From NCBI GenBank assembly GCA_963827235.1, contig CAWHAE010000010.1:448001-512000 (forward strand): 64,000 nucleotides of DNA, written 5' to 3'. Under the pieces are notes generated by a model, which saw nothing but the letters and a program-made list of their open reading frames with translations, did not search any database and was not told the DNA's origin. This DNA is from an uncultured bacterium. Its GTDB lineage: Bacteria; Chloroflexota; UBA5177; JANWHV01. Positions 20,609-30,187 of the stretch are shown here, one piece after another (the first letter of the stretch is position 1; each line of letters starts with the position of its first letter). A program made the translations under genes and the position numbers.

Positions 20609-21379
20609 TCAGCGCCGCACCCGGTAGCGCAAATAGAGCTCGCCGCTTTCGGTCAAGACGTGCAACAGGTCGAGCAATGGTATTTCCGACTCGGCAAACG
20701 GCGGACCCTCTACCAGCCGCAGAGCGGCACGATCGGACCCGACCTTGGGTGCGATGGTCACGAATAGCTCGTCGAGGCAGTGTGCCGCCAGCAGTCCGCG
20801 CGCCAGCCTCGGGCCGCCCTCGCAGAGCACGGTGCGCACGTCGAAGCGGTCCCGCATGAGTCCCAATGCTAGCCGGAGATCCACCTCCTCACTGCCGGCG
20901 GCAATGACCGTGGCTCGCGAGCCGAGTCGGGCACCGAGGCTCGTCGCCTTGGCGTCCACGGTGAACACGAGGGGCGTCCGGCCGGAGAAGTACCTGAAGT
21001 CCGGTTCCAGCTCACCGGTCCCGGTCACCACGCTGCCGAGCGGCTGCGGCGCCAGACCTCGCTCGACCCGTCTCTGCGCCAACGCATCGGAGACTCTCGG
21101 CGGGAAATTGTCCGCGCGCACGGTGCCGGCTCCGTGCATGAGTGCGTCGACGGTGGCGCGCAGCTCACGCATCAGGCGATGGTCGCTGTCGCTGCCGATG
21201 CCCCGCGCGCCCAAGGTGCCCAGCGTCGACTGCCCGTCCAGGGTGATCACGAAGTTGAGCACGACGTAGGGCCGGTCGGGCGGCGGCTCGGGATACTCAA
21301 TCTCGTGGTACGCGGTCGACGCGTTCTCATCTGGCCCGGACGGGGGAAAGAGACGTAGCATGCCTGGAGTATAGTTCAT
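20609..21379 (-). CDS. RibD C-terminal domain / pyrimidine reductase family protein
   Basis: RPYVVLNFVITLDG, LRATVDALMHGAGTVRAD, VLCEGGP, DELFVTIAP. Confidence 0.9.
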   Translation of the reverse strand: MNYTPGMLRLFPPSGPDENASTAYHEIEYPEPPPDRPYVVLNFVITLDGQSTLGTLGARGIGSDSDHRLMRELRATVDALMHGAGTVRADNFPPRVSDALAQRRVERGLAPQPLGSVVTGTGELEPDFRYFSGRTPLVFTVDAKATSLGARLGSRATVIAAGSEEVDLRLALGLMRDRFDVRTVLCEGGPRLARGLLAAHCLDELFVTIAPKVGSDRAALRLVEGPPFAESEIPLLDLLHVLTESGELYLRYRVRR

Positions 21380-21447
21380 GGCGGTTTACACCGCCGTGGA
21401 TAACTCGACGCGTGACCCTGAAGCCGCGATGCGGTATGCTGCTGCCT

Positions 21448-23454
21448 ATGTACGAACAGACGTCCTCATTGGGAACGCTTGCTTCCCGGGCGCACGGGCT
21501 GCTTGCCGCCGGGCGACATCCGCTGGCGGCCGAGACGCTGATCGAGCACGTATTCGGCATTAGCGGCGATGGCTCTGCCCGCAAGCGCGCGGCAACCGAG
21601 TTCTGGCGTGGCCAGCTTGCTCGAGTGCTGGCGGACGCCACCGTGTTCACGCAATATGACGACGGTACCTGGGGACTGGCGGAATGGGGCGCAGAGGACA
21701 TCCCCCTGGACGAGATGGACTACGTGGTGGTGGATTGCGAGACGACCGGCCTCGATCCCAAGTCGCAGCGTGTGCTCGAGATCGCCGCCATTCTCTGCCG
21801 CGGGGACAGGGTGCTCGACCGATTTGCCACGCTCATAGACCCGCAGAGGAGCATTCCCCTGATGATCCGGCAGCTCACCGGAATTACGCCCGAGATGGTG
21901 AAGGGTGCACCGCTGGCTCCGGAGGCCCTGCAACGCTTCCTCGATTTCTCCGGCGGCCTGATGCTCGTGGGGCACAACGTGCGCTTCGACCTCGGCTTCT
22001 TGGGCGCAGAGGCCTTCAGGCACCTCAACGTGCGCCTGCTCAACCCGTCGCTCTGTACCATTCGCCTGGCAACCAAGCTGATGCCCGGGCTGAAGCGGCC
22101 GAACCTGGCAAATCTCGCCGCATCGCTCGGCATCGCGGTGCACGACCGCCACCGCGCCATGGGTGATGCGACAGTGACGCAGCTCGTGTTCTGGGAGCTG
22201 GTCTCCATCGCGCGAGAGCGTGGTATTGCCACACAGGGCCGATTGCAGGCGCTCGTCGGACCGGCGACCGGCTCTGCGCGCGCGGTGCCATCCCGCGGCA
22301 CGGGCAGGCTGCTACTGGATCCTACGCTGCGAAGGAACTTACCAGAGCGACCGGGCGTCTACCTGATGAAGGACGAGCTCGGCAAAGTCATCTACGTCGG
22401 CAAGGCGAAGAACCTCCGGCAGCGCGTTTCCTCCTACTACTCCCAGCCACTCGGCTACCGGCGCAAGATGGACGGTCTATTGGAGTCGGTGCGCGATCTC
22501 GATACCATCGAGGTCGGTTCCGAGCTCGAGGCACTGGTCAAGGAATCCCAGCTCATCAAGGCCTACATGCCTCAGTTCAACGTGCAGCTTCGCAACTACC
22601 GGCATTACCCATTCATCAAGGTGGACGTGGCATCACCATTCCCGCGCGTCTACGCCACGCGCGAGGTGCGCGATGACGGCGCCCGCTATTTCGGTCCCTA
22701 TCGAAGCCGACGCGCCGTGGGCACAGTGATCGACCTCGTCCATCGCCTCTTTCCCATACGCACGTGTACCAATGCCCTGGCAGCTGACGGCCGGCGGAAG
22801 GGATCGACGGGCAGCAGCTGCCTGCGCTTCTACGTGGGACGCTGCCTCGGCCCATGCCACGGCGGGGTGACGCCGGATCGCTACCGGCTGGCCGTCGACG
22901 AGGTGCTCGCCTTCCTTTCCGGCGACCAGGATGCCATGCTGTCACGAGTCGACCGCGAGATGCGCGAGAGCGCCGAGCGACTGGATTTCGAACGATCCGC
23001 GCGTCTGCGCGACGCGTTACGCCAGGCGCGCCAGGTGCTGGCAGCGCAGCAGCTCCTGACGGGAGCCGTCGAGCGGAACAACCTCGTGATTGTCTGTCCC
23101 GGCTCATCGACCGACATCGTCGAATTGTTCGGTATCCGGCACGGCAGGCTCTTCGAACAGCTCAGTCTGGCCGTCGGGGCAGAGGAGAGCACGCTTGAGT
23201 CTGTCGTGCGCTTCCTGGAGCGGCTGCAGTCGGCGGCAGCAGCACCACCGGTCGTGGGGCAGGATGAGATCGACGCTATTATCATCGTCGGACGCTGGCT
23301 GGCGCGCTACGGAGATTCCCGCCACGTGGTCCATCTCCCTGCTACGCTGGATAACGGCATCGCACGCGACATCTTTCGGGTCGCCTGCCAGGTGCGCGGC
23401 GGCGGGGACAGGGCTCCGGACGAGGAGTGTGAGTGGGTCGACGCCGGCGAGTAG
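21448..23454 (+). CDS. DEDDh (DnaQ-like) exonuclease fused to a UvrC-type GIY-YIG endonuclease and UVR domain, with an extra N-terminal domain
   Basis: DCETTG, GHNVRFD, HRAMGDA (Exo I-III); PGVYLMKD..IYVGKAKNLRQRV; YFGPY; C..C....C.GPC; LDFERSARLRD. ATG 21448; the ORF track start is 21412. Confidence 0.92.
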   Translation: MYEQTSSLGTLASRAHGLLAAGRHPLAAETLIEHVFGISGDGSARKRAATEFWRGQLARVLADATVFTQYDDGTWGLAEWGAEDIPLDEMDYVVVDCETTGLDPKSQRVLEIAAILCRGDRVLDRFATLIDPQRSIPLMIRQLTGITPEMVKGAPLAPEALQRFLDFSGGLMLVGHNVRFDLGFLGAEAFRHLNVRLLNPSLCTIRLATKLMPGLKRPNLANLAASLGIAVHDRHRAMGDATVTQLVFWELVSIARERGIATQGRLQALVGPATGSARAVPSRGTGRLLLDPTLRRNLPERPGVYLMKDELGKVIYVGKAKNLRQRVSSYYSQPLGYRRKMDGLLESVRDLDTIEVGSELEALVKESQLIKAYMPQFNVQLRNYRHYPFIKVDVASPFPRVYATREVRDDGARYFGPYRSRRAVGTVIDLVHRLFPIRTCTNALAADGRRKGSTGSSCLRFYVGRCLGPCHGGVTPDRYRLAVDEVLAFLSGDQDAMLSRVDREMRESAERLDFERSARLRDALRQARQVLAAQQLLTGAVERNNLVIVCPGSSTDIVELFGIRHGRLFEQLSLAVGAEESTLESVVRFLERLQSAAAAPPVVGQDEIDAIIIVGRWLARYGDSRHVVHLPATLDNGIARDIFRVACQVRGGGDRAPDEECEWVDAGE

Positions 23455-23467
23455 AAATGTTGGTTTG

Positions 23468-24307
23468 ATGGACTCCGTACGCTGCTTCGAGTTGCTGGGT
23501 GCCGACCTCGCGGCGATTGTTACCTGCGCCGCGACGCTGAACGACCTCTCGCTCGAGCTGCCCGACGGCGTGTACACGACGTTCAGAACCTACTTCGGGA
23601 ACAGAGTGCTGCATCCGAGCGCGCATTTCGACCGGTTGGAGGAGTCGGCGCGTCTGGAAGGCGTGCAGCTGCACCTTGACAGGGCATTGCTCTGTCGAGC
23701 GGTCGCATCGGCCCTGGTGAGTGCAGGCTTCCCATTGGTGCGGGTTCGCGTGACTGTCGCTCTGGCTCCTTCCGTTCGTATCTTTCTGGCCACTGAGGAG
23801 ATGCGGGAGCTTCCGGAAGATGCATACAGCCGCGGCGTGAGCTGTTCTCTCGCCGATAAGGGAGTGAGGAGGGATCTGCCTCGGGCGAAGTCGACTCGCT
23901 TCATCGGCCCGGGTGCCGGTGCCCGACGCATGGCTCCTGACACGAACGAGGCCTTGCTGGTGAGTGAAGCGGGTGGGATTCTCGAAGGATCCTCGAGCAA
24001 CTTCTTTGCCGTCGTCGACGGCCGGCTGCGCACGGCCGGTGACGGCGTGCTTGCCGGCACTACCCGCGCAATGGTCCTGAGTGTTGCCGACGAAGTGCTG
24101 CCCATCGAGCTCAGACCGGTTCTCGTGGACGACGTGCCTCGTCTGCAGGAAGCTTTCATCACCAGTGTCGGGCGAGCCGTCTTGCCGGTAGTCGCGATAG
24201 GCGGACAGCCGGTCGGCGCCGGCGTGCCCGGTCCGTTCACGCAGGACATCCGAAGGCGCTTCATGGCCGTGCTGGAGACCGACCTTGAGCCTATCGCCCG
24301 TCGTTGA
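23468..24307 (+). CDS. Class IV PLP aminotransferase / aminodeoxychorismate lyase family
   Basis: GVYTTFR, HFDRL, AKST (PLP lysine), EGSSSNFF, LAGTTR, EAFITS. Confidence 0.88.
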   Translation: MDSVRCFELLGADLAAIVTCAATLNDLSLELPDGVYTTFRTYFGNRVLHPSAHFDRLEESARLEGVQLHLDRALLCRAVASALVSAGFPLVRVRVTVALAPSVRIFLATEEMRELPEDAYSRGVSCSLADKGVRRDLPRAKSTRFIGPGAGARRMAPDTNEALLVSEAGGILEGSSSNFFAVVDGRLRTAGDGVLAGTTRAMVLSVADEVLPIELRPVLVDDVPRLQEAFITSVGRAVLPVVAIGGQPVGAGVPGPFTQDIRRRFMAVLETDLEPIARR

Positions 24308-24439
24308 GCGCGAGGCCCAGAACTGATACCATAGCTGCTCCGGCGGAGGCGTGACCCGGCTGTCCTGAGCGCAGGGCATCCACACGACTGTGTCAGCGCG
24401 CCGGACGCCGATCGATGGCTGGGAGGCCGGGAGAAGGGA

Positions 24440-25625
24440 ATGGAGAGGTACGCCACGGTACGGCTCAAGCCGCAGCGCCCCGAGAGGGTCGGACATCCGT
24501 GGGTGTTCGCCGGCGAAATCGCCTATATTCCCGACGCCGTTGCCGACTCCGAGATCGTTGCCGTCCAGGATGCTCTCGGGCACATGCTCGGCCTTGCGTA
24601 CGTGAACCGGACGTCCAAGATCACGCTGCGGTACCTCTCACGCGAGGTCACTTCTATCGACGTACAGTGGTGGTACGACATGCTTGCCCGCTCGCTGAGC
24701 AGGCGCACGATCTGGCGCCGCACCGATCGTACGGACGCCCTGCGACTGGTCAACGCCGAATCGGACGGACTGCCGGGCCTGATCGTCGACCAATATGCGG
24801 ACGTCCTGGTCGTGCAGCTCCTGGCCCTGGGGTTGGAGCCCTGGAGGAGCACGCTGATTGACGCACTGCTCGACCTCGTGCAGCCTGAGACGATCTGGGA
24901 GCGTTCAGACGTGTCCGTCAGGGAGCTCGAGGGGCTGGAGCGCCGGACCGGGCTGCTGGCGGGACGAGAGCCGCCGGACCTGGTCGAAGTGCATGAAGGG
25001 CGGGCGCGTCTGCTGGTGGACGTCAGGGCCGGACAGAAGACGGGCATGTTCCTCGACCAGCGGCGGAATCGTGCTGCCGTGGCGAGCTACGCGGGCGACG
25101 CCAGGGTGCTCAACTGTTTTGCCTACAGTGGGGCATTCGGCGTACACGCCGGCCGTGCCGGTGCCCGGCACGTGATCAATGCCGACATCTCCGGCGCGGC
25201 GTGCGCAGCTTGCCGAGCGCAATATGGCGCTCAACGGCCTTGCAGGTCTCTCCTCCGCTCTCGAGGCAAACTGCTTCGACATGCTGCGCGACATGAGCGA
25301 CGGAGGTCAGCGATTCGACATGGTCATCCTGGACCCTCCCGCTTTCACCAAGAGCCGCGACAAAGTCGAGGCTGCCTTGCGGGGATATAAAGAGATCAAT
25401 TTGCGTGCTCTGCGCCTGCTCGTCCCGGGGGGCATACTCGTAACCTGTTCGTGTTCGCAGCACGTCGACGACGCGGGCTTCAAGGCGATGCTGCGCAGTG
25501 CGTCGCGGGATGCTCATCGCGAGGTGCGAATCCTCGAGCAGCTTGGCCAGAGCCCAGACCACCCCACTCTTCTGCACGTCCCGGAGACCGACTACCTGAT
25601 CTGCTTGATCGCGGAAGCCGGCTAG
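24440..25625 (+). pseudogene. rlmI: RlmI-like class I SAM-dependent rRNA methyltransferase split by a single-base frameshift near 25205
   Basis: First frame: GHPWVF, ESDGLPGLIVDQY, GQKTGMFLDQR, VLNCFAYSGAF, DISGAAC. Next frame continues QLAERNMALNG ... FDMVILDPPAF ... TCSCS ... DHP ... ETDYL. Confidence 0.85.
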
Positions 25626-25860
25626 CGAATCCGCCGGCGAGGCCTGTGAAGCCTGCCGGACAGCTGAGCCACTTGGCTGAGCCGTACGCGCGTTGCCATT
25701 TCCCCTAGAGGCTGCCGCAGCCATATACTTGCCTGTGCAGGGCTGCCAGGAGACGCGCTCCCCGCTTCGACGCGGCCTACCTTTCGTAGCACGGTGACCG
25801 GCCACGGCGGGCCGTGGGCGGGGAGTGGTCTCGCGGCGTGCGGGAGGAGGATGAGGATTC

Positions 25861-26532
25861 ATGGCAGGAACGCAGATATCAGTCCCAGTTCGCGGTGGGG
25901 GCTCGTCGGCGCTGTTGGCGCTTCTCGACGGCCTGGTCGACCGCATGCTGAGGTCGCCACTTATGCGTCGCGCGCCGGTGCAGTGCGGGCCGGAGGAGCA
26001 GGCTGCACAGGCGGCGCTGCTCGTCGACATCGTAAACGCGCGCGCACTCCGAGCCGCCGCCGAATCGCTCCCCGCGCTTCCCTTTGAGGTAGTGGCGGAG
26101 CATTGGCCCGACCTCGCGGCCGCACTAGGCCCTGCCAGACGCTCACAGGCGGCCAAGGCGCGTCCGGCGACCACGGGCAAGTCGTCTCCGTCGCTCGGCG
26201 GGCTCTACGACTCGCTCGATGCGGACCAGCAGGACGATGGGCACGCCACAGACCGGGAGGCAACGCAGGATCTGCCCGTTGCCGGCTCGGTGGGCACTGA
26301 GGCCGATGCATCGAGCCGGTCTGAGGCGCTTGTCCAGCTTCTCAAGGAAGCCTTGTCGACGCAGGAAAAGCCGCAAAATACCACGCAGATGCTGGCCTGG
26401 CTGCACCAGCGGGGCGAGAGCGCGAACCGGGAAGACGTGATGAACGCCCTGTTTCTGCGCGAAGACCTATTTCGCAAGCGCGGCGCGGGGCAGTGGGCGC
26501 TCGTGGGTCGCGAGCAACAGGCGCCCGCATGA
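25861..26532 (+). CDS. Hypothetical protein with a C-terminal winged-helix (HARE-HTH-like) domain
   Basis: Strong SD (GGAGGAGG...GAGG) and upstream TATACT; low-complexity linker; C-terminus EAL...KP......L....G......V...L....LFRKRGAGQWAL. Confidence 0.65.
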   Translation: MAGTQISVPVRGGGSSALLALLDGLVDRMLRSPLMRRAPVQCGPEEQAAQAALLVDIVNARALRAAAESLPALPFEVVAEHWPDLAAALGPARRSQAAKARPATTGKSSPSLGGLYDSLDADQQDDGHATDREATQDLPVAGSVGTEADASSRSEALVQLLKEALSTQEKPQNTTQMLAWLHQRGESANREDVMNALFLREDLFRKRGAGQWALVGREQQAPA

Positions 26533-26535
26533 CCT

Positions 26536-26955
26536 TCAGGTTGCGTCCGGTCGTTCCGGGCGGTCCTCACTTCCAGGCAGCGCGTTGATCATGAATGTCG
26601 CCGTGCGCTCTACGTAGTCGATCATCTGGCTCCGCATCGGTTCTTCGATGCCGGTCGCATCGATCGCGTGAAGCATGTGGCCCACCCAACGGTCTCGCTC
26701 CTCCGGACCAATGCGGAACGGCAGATGGCGCATGCGCAGCCGGGGATGGCCGCGCTTCTCGCTGTAGGTCGCCGGACCGCCGAAGTACTGAGTCAGAAAC
26801 AGCGCCAAGCGTTCCTTTGGACCCTCTAGGTCCTGTGGAAACATGACCATCAACCGATCGTCGAGGCGTACCGACTCATAGAAGCTGTCGACCAGGCGAA
26901 TGAACGTCTCGCTCCCGCCCACCTGTTCGTACAGCGTGGTGCGCGCCAACTCCAT
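26536..26955 (-). CDS. Group II truncated hemoglobin (GlbO-like)
   Basis: LYEQVGG, LVDSFY, FLTQYFGGP..YSEKRGHPRLRMRH.PF.I....RD.W. Confidence 0.93.
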   Translation of the reverse strand: MELARTTLYEQVGGSETFIRLVDSFYESVRLDDRLMVMFPQDLEGPKERLALFLTQYFGGPATYSEKRGHPRLRMRHLPFRIGPEERDRWVGHMLHAIDATGIEEPMRSQMIDYVERTATFMINALPGSEDRPERPDAT

Positions 26956-27064
26956 CGGACCCCGATTCATGCGTGCAAGGACCCCCGCACGGCAGCGCCC
27001 GTAAGCGGCCCCAGGCGCGACCTGCCCACTGCCCACGGGATCAGCAGACCGAAAACCACGGGAG

Positions 27065-29050
27065 TCAGTTGTCCATGGCGTTGGCGCTGGATGCAGCCCA
27101 TCCGGTAGGCAGAGGCGGCTCCAGCTCCACCGGGCTGCCGGCGCTGCCGTTTGCCAGGCCGACCACTTTGAGGATGTCCTGTTCGTCCAGCGACTCCTGC
27201 TCCAGCAGAGCCTCGGCGAGCGCAGTGAGCTGTTGCGCGTGCGAGCGAAGCGTCGACACGGCCTGGGTGTAGCAGTCGTCGATAATGCGCTTGATCTCCT
27301 CGTCGATCTTGCCGGCAGTGTCGTCGCTGTAGTTGCGCTGCGTGGCAAGCTCTCTACCCAAGAACACCTCGTCCTCAGAGCCACCGTACGCCACCAGGCC
27401 CAGTGTATGACTCATGCCCCACTTGGTTACCATCTGGCGCGCGATGTCGGTCACCTGCTTGAGATCGTTCTCCGCTCCGGAGGTCACCACGCCGAATACG
27501 ATCTCCTCCGCGGCACGGCCGCCAAGAGCGCCGATGATGCGCGCCCGCAGGAAGTCCTCGGGGTAGTTGTGCCGGTCGTCCAGCGGCATTTGATAGGTGA
27601 CGCCAAGCGCCTGGCCTCGGGGAACGATCGTCACACGCCGGACCGGATCCGAGCCGGGTATCAGCACGCCAAGCAGGGCGTGGCCGCCCTCGTGAAACGC
27701 GACGCGGCGCCGATCCTCGGCGTTCAGCATGATGTGCCTCTCGACGCCAAGAATGATCTTTTCCATCGCCTCGTTGAAGTCTACGCGCTTCACGGCGTCG
27801 CGGTTGCGGCGGGCGGCAAGCAGCGCCGCCTCGTTGACGAGATTGCGCAGCTCGGCTCCGACCAATCCGGGCGTGATCGAGGCGATGTCCTGCAGGTCGA
27901 CGTCGGCATCCAGCGGCACGTGCCGGGTGTGCACCTTGAGAATCGCTTCTCGCCCGGCGCGGTCAGGACGCTGCACGCTGACGCGGCGGTCGAAACGACC
28001 GGGCCGCAGAAGGGCGGCATCCAGCACGTCGGGACGGTTGGTGGCCGCCAACACGATCACGGCTTGACGCGTGTCGAAGCCGTCCATCTCCGTGAGCAAC
28101 TGGTTGAGCGTCTGTTCGCGCTCGTCGTTGCCACCACCCAACCCTGCGCCGCGCTGGCGACCGACCGCGTCGAGCTCGTCTACGAAAATGATTGACGGTG
28201 CATTCACCTTTGCCTGGGCGAAAAGGTCGCGCACCCGGCTGGCGCCCACGCCGACCAGCATCTCGACGAACTCGCTCGCGCTCATGTTGTAGAACGGCAC
28301 GTTGGCCTCACCGGCCACGGCCTTGGCCAGAAGGGTCTTGCCGGTGCCAGGCGGGCCGATGAGCAGTACTCCCTTAGGAATGGTGCCACCGAGGCGCTGG
28401 TACTTGGCCGGGTTCTTGAGGAAATCGACGATCTCTACCAGCTCGTCCTTTGACTCCTCCACGCCGGCGACGTCGGCAAATGTGATTCGCGGCTGCTCCT
28501 TGTCGTACAGCCGGGCTCGGCTTCGGCCAAATCCGAAGATGCCCTGCTGTTGATTGGTCGCGCGCCGGCTGAGCCAGATGAGTCCGGCGACCAGCAGGAT
28601 CACCGGGCCGAAGCTCAACAGAAAGCCGAGGAGAGGACTGCTCCCGTCCACCTGCTTGACGTTGACGTCCACGTTGTGCTGCTTCAGCAGGGGAGCCAAG
28701 GCGTCGTCGGTGTAGGCGGGAATGTTGGTCGAGAAATTCTTCGTGGCGACGGCCTTGCCGTCGGTGTCGACGACGTCGATCGTTTGGCCGCCGAAAGAGC
28801 CCGTGATAGAATCGCCCTGGTTCGTGATCGACTTCACCTTGTTCTGCACGACCAGGCTTTCAAAGGTCGTGTACGTGATCGAGGTGTAGTTGGAGCTGGT
28901 GTTCTGCAGCAGCGGTGCAAGCCAGATGTTGCCGATCAGCAGTGCGAAGAGCAACACTATCCAGAGAAAGGAGAACCGTATTCCGCCGGGTGGCCGGCCA
29001 CCCTGGTTCTGATTGGGCTTGGACGGGCCCCGGCGATTGTCCATGGACAT
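27065..29050 (-). CDS. ftsH: ATP-dependent zinc metalloprotease FtsH
   Basis: Two TM helices, [47 protein letters not shown]. Confidence 0.97.
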   Translation of the reverse strand: MSMDNRRGPSKPNQNQGGRPPGGIRFSFLWIVLLFALLIGNIWLAPLLQNTSSNYTSITYTTFESLVVQNKVKSITNQGDSITGSFGGQTIDVVDTDGKAVATKNFSTNIPAYTDDALAPLLKQHNVDVNVKQVDGSSPLLGFLLSFGPVILLVAGLIWLSRRATNQQQGIFGFGRSRARLYDKEQPRITFADVAGVEESKDELVEIVDFLKNPAKYQRLGGTIPKGVLLIGPPGTGKTLLAKAVAGEANVPFYNMSASEFVEMLVGVGASRVRDLFAQAKVNAPSIIFVDELDAVGRQRGAGLGGGNDEREQTLNQLLTEMDGFDTRQAVIVLAATNRPDVLDAALLRPGRFDRRVSVQRPDRAGREAILKVHTRHVPLDADVDLQDIASITPGLVGAELRNLVNEAALLAARRNRDAVKRVDFNEAMEKIILGVERHIMLNAEDRRRVAFHEGGHALLGVLIPGSDPVRRVTIVPRGQALGVTYQMPLDDRHNYPEDFLRARIIGALGGRAAEEIVFGVVTSGAENDLKQVTDIARQMVTKWGMSHTLGLVAYGGSEDEVFLGRELATQRNYSDDTAGKIDEEIKRIIDDCYTQAVSTLRSHAQQLTALAEALLEQESLDEQDILKVVGLANGSAGSPVELEPPLPTGWAASSANAMDN

Positions 29051-29239
29051 ATACGTGCGCTCCTCTCGCGGGTGCAGCGCAGCGGTCTCAGTAGGCAGGA
29101 CCGCGGTTCAGGATGTGGTCACGTGCTACAATTGGCAAAGGCCCATCGCGTGCCGTGCGAGCCCATAGCCAGGCTCTCACTAGAGTCCAAGATACCGGCA
29201 GGCCAACTTGCCAGCAAGAAGCGTGGTTATGGCGTTCCC

Positions 29240-30187
29240 ATGAGTACTAGACAGGTTGTCGCGCTCGGCGGTGCCGCATTTGGAGCGCTGCTCGCCCTGA
29301 ATGGGGCGCTGAGCCGTTCTCCCTCTCCTCCGTTGAAGTCTACCATGCCGGGCGACGCCCGACGCTTCAACTGGGACGAGGGAGCGATTCATTACGTGGT
29401 GACCGGCAGCGGAACGCCGATCGTGCTCGTGCACGGGCTGGGCGTCGCTTCGTCCTCATTCGAGTTCCGCTACGTCGTCGAGCTTTTCGCCCGTTCGCAC
29501 ACCGTCTACACACCTGACTTGCTGGGCTTTGGTCTCTCCGACCATCCCGTGATCGACTACTCGAGCGCGACGTACGTACGCCTGCTGAAGGACTTCCTGG
29601 CGCGCGAGGTTCGCGGCGCGGCGATGCTAGTGGGCTGCGGTCTGTCTGCACTGTACTGCGTTGCCGCGGCAGCTTCCATGCCGGACGAGATCTCGGCCGT
29701 GGTCATGTGTATGCCCAGTCCGCCGGACGGCAGGCCCGACCTGCCGCCACCGATGAGGGCCGTGGTCGATACGGCCCTGTCGGCCCCGGTGCTGGGCCAG
29801 AGCCTTTTCCGGCTATTGACCGCGCGGAACGCCATACGGTCGCACCTGCGCGAGAGAGCCTACTGCAACCCCGACCTGGTCACCGAATCGATGGTCGACG
29901 CTCAGTACGCCCTGGCGCACCAGCCTAACGCGCTGACGGCGCCGCACGCATACCTGGCGGGCCGTCTGGGACTGGACGTCTCTCGTGATCTGGCCGGCCT
30001 CGCCAAGCCGATGCTCGTGGTAGCCGGCGCCAATGCCAATCCGTCGCCAAACCACTGGCTCGCCCAGTATGTACGCCTGGCTCCTCACGCGCGAGTAGCG
30101 ATGATCCCAAGTTGCGGCGCATTGCCGCACGAGGAGCAGCCGGAGCAGTTCGTCAACGCCATCCGCACCTGGATCGAGAATCGTTGA
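29240..30187 (+). CDS. Alpha/beta hydrolase fold protein with an N-terminal membrane anchor and a non-canonical nucleophile elbow
   Basis: GTPIVLVHGLG, DLLGFGLSD.P, GALPHEEQPE. The elbow position reads GCGLS. Confidence 0.85.
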   Translation: MSTRQVVALGGAAFGALLALNGALSRSPSPPLKSTMPGDARRFNWDEGAIHYVVTGSGTPIVLVHGLGVASSSFEFRYVVELFARSHTVYTPDLLGFGLSDHPVIDYSSATYVRLLKDFLAREVRGAAMLVGCGLSALYCVAAAASMPDEISAVVMCMPSPPDGRPDLPPPMRAVVDTALSAPVLGQSLFRLLTARNAIRSHLRERAYCNPDLVTESMVDAQYALAHQPNALTAPHAYLAGRLGLDVSRDLAGLAKPMLVVAGANANPSPNHWLAQYVRLAPHARVAMIPSCGALPHEEQPEQFVNAIRTWIENR

